Source: Fervidobacterium sp.
GTDB taxonomy: Bacteria > Thermotogota > Thermotogae > Thermotogales > Fervidobacteriaceae
Direction of reading: 5' to 3'
NCBI GenBank assembly: GCA_049970055.1
Contig: JBMFNR010000001.1
Span: forward strand, 480,001 to 544,000
Length of the DNA: 64,000 nucleotides
The notes beneath the pieces are model-generated. The model ran no database searches and was not told the DNA's origin. It was given only the letters and a program-made list of their open reading frames with translations. Both the position numbers and the translations under genes were made by a program. The first letter of the stretch is position 1; each line of letters opens with the position of its first letter. Positions 1 through 10,700 of this stretch are shown piece after piece.

Positions 1-497
1 ACGAAATAAACACCGTTTGTGAGTCCTTCTTTTTTCAGATTATCAACGGCACACTGTGAGGGACAAAATAGCAGCGACGATACGCGGTCGGTTAATACTC
101 TGTTGATCTCTTCAGGCATATCTTTTGGTTCCTGTCTGATTCCGGCTTCAACATGAGCGACTGGGATTTTTAACTTCGCACCAACGACTGCGCCTGCAAG
201 TGTTGTATTTGTATCACCGTAGACCAAGATTATATCAGGCTCTTCTTTCAAAACAACCTTTTCAAATTCAATCATAATTTTTCCTGTCATTTCTCCGTGA
301 AGTCCTGAGCCTACGTTGAGAAAATAATCAGGCCTTTTAATATTTAACACTTTGAAAAACACATCAGACATATTAAAATCATAGTGCTGACCAGAGTGAA
401 CCAAAACTTCTGTTATTCCGTAATTTCTAAATTCCTCGTGAATAACTGCTTCCTTAATGAATTGTGGTCGAGCTCCGACTAATGACAATATCTTCAT
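1..497 (-). CDS. wecB: UDP-N-acetylglucosamine 2-epimerase (non-hydrolysing), 5' part; runs off the window
   Basis: Hand translation: MKILSLVGARPQFIKEA...HSGQHYD...VYGDTNTTLAGA...VAHVEAGIR...MPEEINR, the family signature motifs. Confidence 0.92.
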   Translation of the reverse strand, partial: MKILSLVGARPQFIKEAVIHEEFRNYGITEVLVHSGQHYDFNMSDVFFKVLNIKRPDYFLNVGSGLHGEMTGKIMIEFEKVVLKEEPDIILVYGDTNTTLAGAVVGAKLKIPVAHVEAGIRQEPKDMPEEINRVLTDRVSSLLFCPSQCAVDNLKKEGLTNGVYF

Positions 498-555
498 AGC
501 ATCATCCTTTTCTATTTTGGATTTTTATTAGATTCGTATCAAATGATTAGTGCCA

Positions 556-1902
556 TTACTTTTTCTGCACATGTAACTTTTTTACCATTTCTTTGTCGCT
601 TTTAAGGAATTTCTTAGATATTAATTCTTCGATGTCTTCTTCTAGCTTTCGTGCTAAGTTGTTATACGAATACCTTTCAATTACTTCCTTGCGAGCTGTT
701 GTATTCATTTTTATGTTTTCGTTTCTGGCAAACTGGATTAGATAATTAGCGATCTCTGACGTTTGAGATTTATCAAATACTTTCGAAACTCCGTCCAGTT
801 CAAGTTCTTCCTTCATCTCCCAATTTGTTGGTGCAATCGCAATTATTGGTTTTCCCGAGGCGAGGTATTCATAAACTTTCCCTGTTCTTATAGATTTACC
901 ACTTTCACTATTGTTTCCAGTATATGCAATTAGAAGTAATACATCAGAGTTTTTTTGTATTTCCAGGGCTTTATCTCGAGATACCTGTCCATGGTTTTTA
1001 AGAAGATTTTCAAGACCAACTTTTTTAAATTCCTCCACTACTTTGCTAGCATCTTTCCCCGCATATTCGAAGACAACATTTATGTTTGCAGTTTCCATTA
1101 TTTCCTTCAGAGCTTTCACGAAATATGATAATTCCCTTACATTTGGGTGCAGGCTTCCAGTGTACGCTACTGACACAGTATGAGCATCTTTCTTGATGTG
1201 TTCATAAATTTCCGGAACTCGCTCATCAAGACCATTTGGAAGAAAAATTACTTCTTTTCCGGTTAGCCTTCTGTAATCTTCGACCATTTTGTGTGTAACA
1301 ACCGTTATCATATCAGCTGACTTCAACATTTTTCTTGTGATAGCATTGAATAATGGAATTCTTGATATTTTTGATTCGTGAATATCGAAAGACGGATCTC
1401 TGAAGTCTGATATCCAAACTAGCTTATCATGATACTTTTGTTTAAAATGTCGCCCTATATTCAATGTGAACCAGGGGTCATATGTTGTTATAAGGACTGG
1501 TAGCAAACCATTCCGAAGTGAACTTTCAATTGATTTATTTACTTCTGCTTTGTAAGCTTTAACATCATGATAAAGCATTCCGCCAGCCGAGACGGGGAGA
1601 ATCTTTTCCAAAATAACTCGTAACTCGGCCTTTACCTTACGCTTAAGCGTACTTTCTTTAAGATTTTCTCTCAGACGTGTTGAAAAAGGATTTGTCCTGT
1701 AAAATCTCAGTGGAATTTCGATAAATCTAGCATTACCGAGGTCGAATCTTCGTTCTGTGAAAGATTCTTTAAAAGATGATGTAATGAACGTCACCTCGTG
1801 GTTTTTTGAAATATATTTACTCAACTTTTCCCAACGTACAGAGGCTATGTTTGACCATCGTGGGGAATACGGCGAAACAACTATAATGCTGTAGTTCATC
1901 AT
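556..1902 (-). CDS. GT4-family glycosyltransferase
   Basis: DFRDP motif, YTGSL, KVYEYLASGKPII; located in the polysaccharide cluster. Confidence 0.85.
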   Translation of the reverse strand: MMNYSIIVVSPYSPRWSNIASVRWEKLSKYISKNHEVTFITSSFKESFTERRFDLGNARFIEIPLRFYRTNPFSTRLRENLKESTLKRKVKAELRVILEKILPVSAGGMLYHDVKAYKAEVNKSIESSLRNGLLPVLITTYDPWFTLNIGRHFKQKYHDKLVWISDFRDPSFDIHESKISRIPLFNAITRKMLKSADMITVVTHKMVEDYRRLTGKEVIFLPNGLDERVPEIYEHIKKDAHTVSVAYTGSLHPNVRELSYFVKALKEIMETANINVVFEYAGKDASKVVEEFKKVGLENLLKNHGQVSRDKALEIQKNSDVLLLIAYTGNNSESGKSIRTGKVYEYLASGKPIIAIAPTNWEMKEELELDGVSKVFDKSQTSEIANYLIQFARNENIKMNTTARKEVIERYSYNNLARKLEEDIEELISKKFLKSDKEMVKKLHVQKK

Positions 1903-1983
1903 AATCTACCCTCTCTTATCTTAGTCAAGCACGATAAAATGTTAGTAATGCTAAACTTATTTTCACTACTGTAAGACACTCCC

Positions 1984-3171
1984 TTATTCTAAGAATACTA
2001 AGGAAAGTAAGACCCACAAATGTCTCCAGTGCAAGCTATCTATGAAAAACGAATTCACAAGTTGTCCAACTAGGGATGATATCAAAAAAAGTTTGTATCT
2101 AGATCTTGAAACCTTGCGCGTTATAACTACGAAGAAGAAAATCAGTAGGACGAATCCAAATATTCCACGCTCACCAATGTACCTTGCAAATAACGAATGA
2201 GTGGCAAGGCTGGAAAAGTGTTCGTAATTACCAGGCCCTGCTCCAAAAATGACGCTTGTTTGTGATACTACCTTGTCGAAAATTCTTTGCGCTGCGAATC
2301 TATCTGTATCATAGCTTTGAAGTCCTAACCTTGCAAGAAAGAAATCCTTAAGACTTACATTGGATAAAAGTATTTCATCGGAGATAATCCAGATCAATCC
2401 AAACATAAATAACGCTAGAAGGGTAAAAGAAAGCATTCGAAACCGAAAACTGCGTTTTCTGATCGCATTCAAAACAACTATGAGTGTGGATGTAAAATAA
2501 TTTAACCACGCTGCGCGGGAGAACGTTAAAAGTACACCGATGGTGAAAAAGAAAAGTGCTGAGAGGTTTACAATTATTTTACCCTTCTTTCGAAGGTATT
2601 TATCCAAATAATACACTGTTATCGGTACCAAGAATGGTCCAAGCACGTTTGGGTCTTTGAAAAAACCTTTTAGTCTTAGCCCACCGTACAATACATTTGT
2701 CCCAAAGAAGAAAAAGTTACCGGTTGTATAAGCAAGAATTCCTACAAGGATATTTATGGCTCCCGCCAAACTCCAAAATTTCGTCAATGTATCGAGAAAT
2801 ATTGGATCATCGTTGTTTTTTCTGAATGATTGAGCATAAGACGAAAGAACCAAAAAAAATACAAATAAATAGATGTCGATGATGAAAAACCTGTAATTGA
2901 AAAGGTCGAAAAAAGCCAGACCGATATATGTTGAAATTATCATCGGAAAAAATATCAAAACAAACGAAGTTATGATCTCCCAGGTTGTTGAAAAATTTAT
3001 CAGTAAGAATGGTAGAAATATCGTGAACCAGTATTCCGCGGGCGATGGTTCTATAAAAACAAAACCAGAAAGCAAAATGTACAAACTAAGAAAAAAATTG
3101 AATAGTTTGTACCTCATATTTGATGTAATTTTTGCAAATCCTGCGTCAACAGATTTTGCCAAATTATTCAT
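1984..3171 (-). CDS. O-antigen ligase/Wzy-type polysaccharide polymerase
   Basis: Multi-TM protein; RLKGFFKDPN, TFSRAAW, FGAGPG...HSLF motifs. Confidence 0.8.
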   Translation of the reverse strand: MNNLAKSVDAGFAKITSNMRYKLFNFFLSLYILLSGFVFIEPSPAEYWFTIFLPFLLINFSTTWEIITSFVLIFFPMIISTYIGLAFFDLFNYRFFIIDIYLFVFFLVLSSYAQSFRKNNDDPIFLDTLTKFWSLAGAINILVGILAYTTGNFFFFGTNVLYGGLRLKGFFKDPNVLGPFLVPITVYYLDKYLRKKGKIIVNLSALFFFTIGVLLTFSRAAWLNYFTSTLIVVLNAIRKRSFRFRMLSFTLLALFMFGLIWIISDEILLSNVSLKDFFLARLGLQSYDTDRFAAQRIFDKVVSQTSVIFGAGPGNYEHFSSLATHSLFARYIGERGIFGFVLLIFFFVVITRKVSRSRYKLFLISSLVGQLVNSFFIDSLHWRHLWVLLSLVFLE

Positions 3172-4294
3172 TGCTTTCCCCCTTGTAGATTTGCAGATAA
3201 TGATCTATAAAGTCTTTAAAGCTCAAAGCTGTGTGTGGAATGTTGTCCGTGTTTTGCAAAACATCTATTATGATTTCTTTGAGCTTATTCTCATCTTCCA
3301 CATATTTTTCACCAACAATTTCACTTACACATCCCACATCGGTACTCACAACTGGCACTTCCTGACTCAGAGCCTCTAAAACTACAAGCGGCATTCCCTC
3401 AGAATCAGAAGTCAGCAACAATACGTCGAAATCTGCCATAAGCTTTGTTGCATCTTTTCTAAATGGTAGGAAGAATATTTTATCTCTTAGCTGCATACGT
3501 TGCTGTAGAAATTCTGACACTTGTTTTCCGTACCAATTGTCCACCACACTTCCACCTATCCATACAAAGACTATATCGTCTCTTATTTTTAATACTTCTT
3601 CTGCCACTTTGAGAAATCTCAGAGGATTTTTCGGTGGATCTAATCTAGCCACGTTTCCAACTATTTTTACATTGTCTGGTAAATTAAGCTCCTTTCTCAA
3701 TGTTCCTTTATGAGCAGGTGGCTCTGGTACTATGGCGTTTGGAATTACTTTGTACTGATCTGGCTTTCCTATTTTCCATTTTATAGCTTTTTGCATATCA
3801 CGGTTGCAAAGAAAGACTAGATAATCGGCGTACTTAGAAGCAATTCTTTCAGCGAAGATTAGAAGTTTCTTTTTTAGACCATTGTATTGCTCTATTCCCC
3901 AAAAACCATGGTATGTGTGGATTACTTTTTTTACGCCATGTTTTTTAGCAGCGATTCTTCCAATTATCCCCGCTTTAGAAGAATGTGTGTGCACAATATC
4001 ATAGTTACCTTTCTTCAATAGTTCTACGACCTCTGAATACGCCTTCAAATCGTCTATTAAAGAGATTTCTCTCCTAAAGCTATTGACAACATGAACTTTT
4101 ATTCCGATTTTGCCGAGTTCGTCTATCAGTACGCCACTTTCCGGACCGCAAGCAACCTCTACCTCGAAATTCTCTGGGTAATGCTTTTTCAAACCGTACA
4201 CTATTGAATAAAGAACCTTCTGCCCGCCAGCCCAATCTGAGCGTGTGATAAGTTGTAGTAGTCTTATTTTTGTGTTTTTGGAACCACTTTTCAT
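3164..4294 (-). CDS. GT4-family glycosyltransferase
   Basis: HTHSSKAG, HTYHG, EGMPLVVLEA, STDVG motifs. Confidence 0.9.
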   Translation of the reverse strand: MKSGSKNTKIRLLQLITRSDWAGGQKVLYSIVYGLKKHYPENFEVEVACGPESGVLIDELGKIGIKVHVVNSFRREISLIDDLKAYSEVVELLKKGNYDIVHTHSSKAGIIGRIAAKKHGVKKVIHTYHGFWGIEQYNGLKKKLLIFAERIASKYADYLVFLCNRDMQKAIKWKIGKPDQYKVIPNAIVPEPPAHKGTLRKELNLPDNVKIVGNVARLDPPKNPLRFLKVAEEVLKIRDDIVFVWIGGSVVDNWYGKQVSEFLQQRMQLRDKIFFLPFRKDATKLMADFDVLLLTSDSEGMPLVVLEALSQEVPVVSTDVGCVSEIVGEKYVEDENKLKEIIIDVLQNTDNIPHTALSFKDFIDHYLQIYKGESNE

Positions 4295-4322
4295 GTGATT
4301 ACCTCCAATGTGTGCCTATGTA

Positions 4323-5576
4323 CTACTTAGCTCCTCTTTTCAGAAACATTGTTTCAAGTGTTTGGAGTATTATTTGTAGGTCCATGAAGATATTTCGGTT
4401 TTTTACATAGTACAAATCGTAACTGAGTTTTTCAACAGTTTCTTCTGTCGAGGATGAATATTTATACATTATCTGCGCCCAACCGGTTATACCTGGCTTG
4501 ACATTATGTCGGTATGGGTAGAATGGTATTTCCCTCTCGAACATTCTAACAAACGATATTTGCTCAGGTCTCGGTCCAACAAGACTCATATCACCTTTCA
4601 GTACGTTTATAAACTGCAGTGTTTCATCTATTCGTGTTAACCGAATGAATTTTCCTATTTTAAGTATTCTATACTTTTCATCATCAACAAATTTTGCTTC
4701 TCCGTCTGCTTCTATATTCCTCATGCTTCTGAATTTTAACATTAAGAATTCTTTATTTTTCTTTCCTACTCGTAGTTGTTTGAAAACAACAGGCTTCCCG
4801 TCTTCAATTAATATGCCAATTGTTGCTATGAGCATAAATGGTAAAAATAGAATCAATCCTACGAACGCTCCGATCACATCTAATACCCTTTTGGCTGGTG
4901 ATTCCTTTATTTTGCCAAGTTCTACTTCGTAGTATTCCTTGAATTTCAGTGCAACACTTATCGGTATGCGCTTGAGAACTTTCTCTGATAATTCTGAAAG
5001 GTATTCGATGTATTTGCCTTCTATGTCTTTTTGTATTTCGTCTTTTATATTTTCGTACAAGTAATAGTCTGCAACTAGTATGTTATCGTAGTGGGTAACT
5101 TTTTCTCTGAATTTTACCGGAGAAGGGTTAATGAACTCTTCGAAAAGATACTTACCCATACTCTTTTGTGTGATCTCGTCTAAGATATCTTTTACTTCAT
5201 TTTCCTTGCCAATAACTAGATATTTTTTGGGTTTTATTGCTTTTCTCGTTATTTTAATTAATAGTGTATTCATTGGCGATAGAAGTAACGGAGCTATTAG
5301 AAATACGTATGAAATTGTCTTTTTAGGAATATTTAGGTGAAACATTTCGAGGATTAGTGGAAGTAAAAGAAAGGATAAAAAAGATGAGATAAGGAGTCTA
5401 ACAATTTGGTTATTGAAGCACTCGAGGTTTTCCAAATCATAGGCTCTAAATGCATAAGAGAGTAATAATATGAGAGCAGGAATTACTATACTTAGTAGTG
5501 TTGGCATATTGAATATTTGAGTTAGGATAAAAACGAATGTGTAGTCTACTGCATAAATAAGTAAATTCAAGTTCAT
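4323..5576 (-). CDS. priming polyprenyl-phosphate sugar phosphotransferase (WbaP/WcaJ-like)
   Basis: KRVLD, KFRSM, RIDETLQFINVLKGDMSLVGPRP, KPGITGWAQ; start moved to ATG 5576, which follows a GGAGG RBS. Confidence 0.9.
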   Translation of the reverse strand: MNLNLLIYAVDYTFVFILTQIFNMPTLLSIVIPALILLLSYAFRAYDLENLECFNNQIVRLLISSFLSFLLLPLILEMFHLNIPKKTISYVFLIAPLLLSPMNTLLIKITRKAIKPKKYLVIGKENEVKDILDEITQKSMGKYLFEEFINPSPVKFREKVTHYDNILVADYYLYENIKDEIQKDIEGKYIEYLSELSEKVLKRIPISVALKFKEYYEVELGKIKESPAKRVLDVIGAFVGLILFLPFMLIATIGILIEDGKPVVFKQLRVGKKNKEFLMLKFRSMRNIEADGEAKFVDDEKYRILKIGKFIRLTRIDETLQFINVLKGDMSLVGPRPEQISFVRMFEREIPFYPYRHNVKPGITGWAQIMYKYSSSTEETVEKLSYDLYYVKNRNIFMDLQIILQTLETMFLKRGAK

Positions 5577-5844
5577 CCAGGTCCCTCCGAATGTCTTGTT
5601 TATCTTGTCAATTATAGAAAAATAATTCTTTTCTTGTAAATTACGATACAGTAACGCAGAATAGAACAAATTATCAAAAACTATCAAACTCCAAGGATTG
5701 CATGCAGCTAAAATATTCCTCTGGAAATATTTACTATTATAAGTGAAAAATTTATAAAGCTTTTCAAAATGCTTACACGTGTTTTTACAACCTTGTTTTT
5801 GATATTTGTAAAGTTTGTGCCATCAGCTCTGTTTCCAAGTTAAT

Positions 5845-7749
5845 TCATTTTTCAAAAATTATGATAACATTGCTCTCCTTTTTGTTTAGACTGGCTAATG
5901 TTTGATAAAGTTCACTTTTTCCCGATAAATTTTTTCGAACTATTAATGCGACTTTGTCTGCAAGTTGTGACAATACAAGGAAAGCAGGGGCAGTTGATTT
6001 AGGTAAATCTAAGATAAGTAATTCGCTTTGCTGTTTTAGTTGATCGATTTTTTCGGAAAGTTCTTTATATTTTCTACCTACCGGTAGATTATGCATTTCC
6101 GGTTCAACGATTATGTTTACACTGTCTGACGATGAATATCTTTTTTCAGCAGCTGTTAGTATAGTAATTTGTGTTGACTGATATAGTGATTTGGTGAAGT
6201 TTTGTGGAATATCTGTTCTGAATTCACCAACTCTTGAAAAACCGATGGTTTTTGGTTGAGATTCAAAGAGAGCAATAGCGATAGATTTAATTGAATTTTC
6301 AAGGTCATTTTCGCTGTAAATTATTGGTATTTTTCCAAATATCTTGGTTATTTCCTGCTCGTCTCTTATCTTCGGATCAGTTGTTTCTCTCACAAAAATA
6401 CCCAATATGCCTAAAAAGATGCCTAAAACACTACCAATTGCCAGTGTGAGTTTTTTGTTTGGTTTTGTTGGTTTTTCTGGAATGTAAGGTTCTTCAACGA
6501 CCACTGGTATTTTAGCGGTTAACCCTGCTTCGGATAATTTGGCTTGTTCGTATTGTAGCAGCAGCTGAGAGTAGATAGATTGTTCAGTTTGGTATTCTTC
6601 TTGCAAGTTTATGTATTCTTGCTCGTACGCTGGGAGTTTTTTAAGTTCGTTTTCAAGAGTTTCCAACCTTTTTTTTATTGAACTTTGCTCAAATTCTTTG
6701 AGTTTGTATTCTGTCTGCAATGAAAAAAGTTCTGAGTAAAGACCCGATAATACTGGGTCTGTTGTATCAAACTTTGAAGAGAGAATCTTGTTTATCTCAT
6801 CTTGTAGACTCTTTTGAGTTTGCTTAATTTGAGCATTTATAGCCCTTACTTCTTCAGATTCTTCAGTGTATTTCTCGAGAAGAACAGATTTTTGTATGTT
6901 CAAATCTATCAATTTTGACCTAAGCTGTGATATGACAGGACTTTGAGGGATGTAGCTTAGGTCAACGATTTGACCTTTCATATCTTTAATTCGAGCCAGA
7001 ACAAGATCTACGTTTTTTTGGATCAATTCTATTTGGTCCATAATATTTGTTAATTGATTCTGCAACTCCATATAACGCTTTACGTTTTCCTCTGCTTGAA
7101 TTGATGGGGAATATGACTTTTCAAGCCTGAATTTTCTTATTTTATCTTCGAGCTCTTTTATTTTTGCTTGTAGTATAGGTAATTGCTTTTCAAGCATTTC
7201 TTTAGTGTAAGATTTTTCATCTTTGTTAAGTTGAGCGGAGATTTTTGTGTAATTATCGATAAGTGATTTTAGAATTTTGTGAGCGATTTCTTTATCTGGA
7301 TCAGTGAGCCTTATTCTAATTAGCGATGTGTTTTTCTCGTTCGTTACTTGAATTTTTTCTGCAAGCATTTCAAACACGCTGTTTTCAGAAATTTTCTCTT
7401 TTTCCTTATCACTCTTTGCTTTTGATTTGTAATAATCAACTAAGTTGAGCTCTTTTATTACTCCCAAAATAACAGGACGGCTTTTGATTATCAGTTGATC
7501 ATCAAAACTTTGTACACCACTTGTACCAAGGATTAAAGCAGCTGTTCCACTTAGTTGTGGAGTGCTTGAGCCTGTTACTTTAACGAGGGCCGAAACTTCG
7601 TATTCCGGTTTGGCTATAAAAAATAGGTAAATAACCGTAGCAAGGAGTATAATAATGAAAATGCTAAATCCAACAAAGAAGCGTTTTTTCAGTATATACA
7701 CGATATCGTGAAATGTGAGTTCGTTATTGTTGATTTCCGGAGTCATCAT
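5845..7749 (-). CDS. polysaccharide co-polymerase (Wzc/GumC-like) with degenerate C-terminal kinase-like domain
   Basis: Two TM segments flanking a long coiled coil; Pro-rich PEKPTKPNK before TM2; G-rich TM2. Confidence 0.82.
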   Translation of the reverse strand: MMTPEINNNELTFHDIVYILKKRFFVGFSIFIIILLATVIYLFFIAKPEYEVSALVKVTGSSTPQLSGTAALILGTSGVQSFDDQLIIKSRPVILGVIKELNLVDYYKSKAKSDKEKEKISENSVFEMLAEKIQVTNEKNTSLIRIRLTDPDKEIAHKILKSLIDNYTKISAQLNKDEKSYTKEMLEKQLPILQAKIKELEDKIRKFRLEKSYSPSIQAEENVKRYMELQNQLTNIMDQIELIQKNVDLVLARIKDMKGQIVDLSYIPQSPVISQLRSKLIDLNIQKSVLLEKYTEESEEVRAINAQIKQTQKSLQDEINKILSSKFDTTDPVLSGLYSELFSLQTEYKLKEFEQSSIKKRLETLENELKKLPAYEQEYINLQEEYQTEQSIYSQLLLQYEQAKLSEAGLTAKIPVVVEEPYIPEKPTKPNKKLTLAIGSVLGIFLGILGIFVRETTDPKIRDEQEITKIFGKIPIIYSENDLENSIKSIAIALFESQPKTIGFSRVGEFRTDIPQNFTKSLYQSTQITILTAAEKRYSSSDSVNIIVEPEMHNLPVGRKYKELSEKIDQLKQQSELLILDLPKSTAPAFLVLSQLADKVALIVRKNLSGKSELYQTLASLNKKESNVIIIFEK

Positions 7750-7768
7750 TTAAACCCTCCTGATTTTT

Positions 7769-10700
7769 TTATTTAAATAATTTGCTGATGTTGTCGTAAA
7801 GAGTTATAAGGTTGCTTATCACAGGTACCCACTCAAGTGCAGTTTTGAAAACATCAGATGGTACGTAAATTACATCACCTGGTTCAACGATTGGGTTGTC
7901 AGTTAACACTCCACCCGACAATGCTGCACTTAGGTTAACTCTAATCGGCTTTCCATTCACGCCACCTTTGTAAAGCCATACGCTTGACGGTGCTGCTTTT
8001 GCTGAGAAATAGCCTGATTGGATTATTGCTTGTAGTACGGTCATGTTCTCAGTCAGCTGGACAATACCCGGTTTGTTGACCTCCCCAAGTACGTATGCGT
8101 AATTTTCAGGCATGTCAAGTATCTTTATGACATCGCCTGGTTTGATGTTGTAACTTCGTGATTCCGAAATATTTTTAAGTTCTAGCATTTGCTTTTCGGT
8201 GCCCCTGACAATTTCGATTTTTCTATAGTTTTTGTCAATTCCGACTTTTGTGAGCACTTCGTAAAGTGTTGTGTTCTTGTCGATGTACAGCATTTTTGGT
8301 TTACCGTCTGGGGTTATCAAGTAAACGTAGTTTTCCTTATCAACATCAAATGTGATAATGGATTTGTTGATAAGTTGAATGTTTACCGATTCGCTCCAAG
8401 GAATTGTGTTGACGCTATCATCTGATATTATCGTTAGCTTGTTGCTTATTCCTTCCTTTATTCCGCCGAGTTTGCTGATTAATGTTCTTAAGTCGAACTC
8501 TTCACCTGAACTGAATTTGATAAGACCATTCGGCATTCCTTTGCCAAAAACATACACTTGGTTAGGTTCTTTAACAGTGACGTATACGAAATCTTTGTCT
8601 TGAAGCTCAGTGTTTTCAATCCCTTTATATACTTTATCGGCGTCGAATTGGCCAACTATTTTTCCATCTCTCATTATTATTACTTTGTCAGACGTGTAAT
8701 AAAGTTCTGGTCCTACGATGAGTCCTCCAAGTTTTGCAAAGAGTGTTTTTAAGTCTGGTGTCTCGTAGTAATCAAATTGTACCATTCCTGTTGTTTTGAT
8801 GTAGCCCATAGCTGTTACGAATATCGGTTTTTTTAGATAAACGTGTAGTATGCTACCTTTTGGTATTTGAGTGTCTTGCTCTAAGTTAAGTTTGACCGCT
8901 CCAAGCGTAATCTTGTCTAGTTGCTTAAAGTCGTTTAATCTCACTTTTGCAAGAATTCTATAAAGTGTTATCGGTTCATTGTATTCAAAAGTTACATAAG
9001 CTGATACGTCACCTACCAAATAGACTGCGTTTACTTGTGATTGTTTTAGTACTATCGTGTCGTATCTTTCAAGTGGAACGGTGACTGTTTCGTAGATGAG
9101 TTGGTCAAGTTTGTATTCCGTTTCTTCGGTGTTTCTTATAAGTACAACTTTTTCTAAGCTTTCTGGCTGTTGTATACCAAGTTTTTTGATTGCGTAAGAT
9201 AGTGTTCTTGGCTCTTTGTAAGAAAGTTCTATTGTTGGTACACTTGAGCCTATCGTTGTTACAATGAACGGTTCATACGTGAACTGAACGATGTCACCCA
9301 AAGAAAGTGTGTAGTCTTTCGTACCATAGATTACGTCTTTCAATGAGACTTTTACTTCGTTATTGATTATCGCCGTACCTTCGTTTTCTACATTCTCGTT
9401 TGGAAATCCAACTTTAGCGATAAGTAATTTCAGCGTTCTTGATTCTTGTGGTTCAAATACGATCTTTCCCTTTGTATTTGCCGTACCTTGGACGTATACA
9501 TAAAATTCTGGGTATTTTTTGATTTCAACTGTATCGTTATTTGATAGTGCGTACGAATCAAGCTTGCTCATATCAACAACTTTACCGTTGATTTTAATTG
9601 ATTCAATCCATTTCAGCTGGTCTGTCGGAATACCCCCAATTTTTGTAAGCAGGACATTGAGTGCTTTTGGTTCGTCTGGTTCAAATGTGATCGCCCCTGT
9701 TTTAAAGTCACCTGTGAGATAGACCTTGAATTCTGGGTATTTTTTGATTTCAACTGTATCGTTATTTGATAGTGCGTACGAATCAAGCTTGCTCATATCA
9801 ACAACTTTACCGTTGATTTTAATTGATTCAATCCATTTCAGCTGGTCTGTCGGAATACCCCCAATTTTTGTAAGCAGGACATTGAGTGCTTTTGGTTCGT
9901 CTGGTTCAAATGTGATCGCCCCTGTTTTAAAGTCACCTGTGAGATAGACCTTGAATTCTGGGTATTTTACAACTTCGATAATACTTCCGGAAGGTAACTT
10001 AACCAGCGAGGCCGTTGAAAGTATGGAAGGTGCGTACTGTTGTGTTTTTCCATCGGGTTTTGTAATTACTATTTTTTCGATCCATTTTTCGCTATCTTTT
10101 GATATGCCTCCAGCTTTCGCTAGGGCAAGTGCGAGGTTCATATCTTCCTCAAGAAAGAATGTTTTAGCTCCAGTAGACGGGACAAAGCCAATAACGTAGA
10201 CGAATCGTTCATCTCTTTTAGGAATGTAAAGAGAGGCTCCAGCAGATATTGGGTAATCAACTTTACCAGCAATTACATCTTCCAAGTTAACGTTTTGCGA
10301 TTTTCCAAATACCGTTAAGATTGATGATTCTATCTGAGCTCTTTCTTCGTCAAGCGCTCCAAGTTTGAAAAGCACGCTTCTAAGTGTCATACCTGGTTCA
10401 TATTGAATAAGTAAAGTATACGCACCAGTAACTTGAATCTGGGATTTATAGTCAAGTGGTGGAAAGTATACCGTATCATTTTCTTGTAGTACCATGTCAT
10501 TCGTGACTTTTCCCTCGTAAAAGTATGAAAGCATGTTAAACTTAGTTGTTTTTCCTGCACGAATTACCAAAATGTTCTCAAAGTCGATAGGAGATGATTT
10601 ATCTATTGAAAGATAAGTGAAAAGCTTTGAAAGGGTAGCCTCGGGCATAAATGAAATGTCGAAGACTCTATTGATCGCTCCTTGAATGTATACATACATA

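Noticed and set aside
2897..3379. 160-aa plus-strand ORF
   Set aside because: Antisense to wzy-like and GT4 genes, with no recognisable motifs. The same applies to the other antisense ORFs in the track, e.g. 24793-25299, 29501-30025, 42283-42741, 51593-52042 and 53637-54077.
9504..9968. CRISPR array or mobile-element repeat
   Set aside because: Two adjacent 225-bp in-frame copies inside a CDS, with no spacers or terminal inverted repeats
9519..10199. Three similar small plus-strand ORFs
   Set aside because: Shadows of the tandem duplication on the antisense strand
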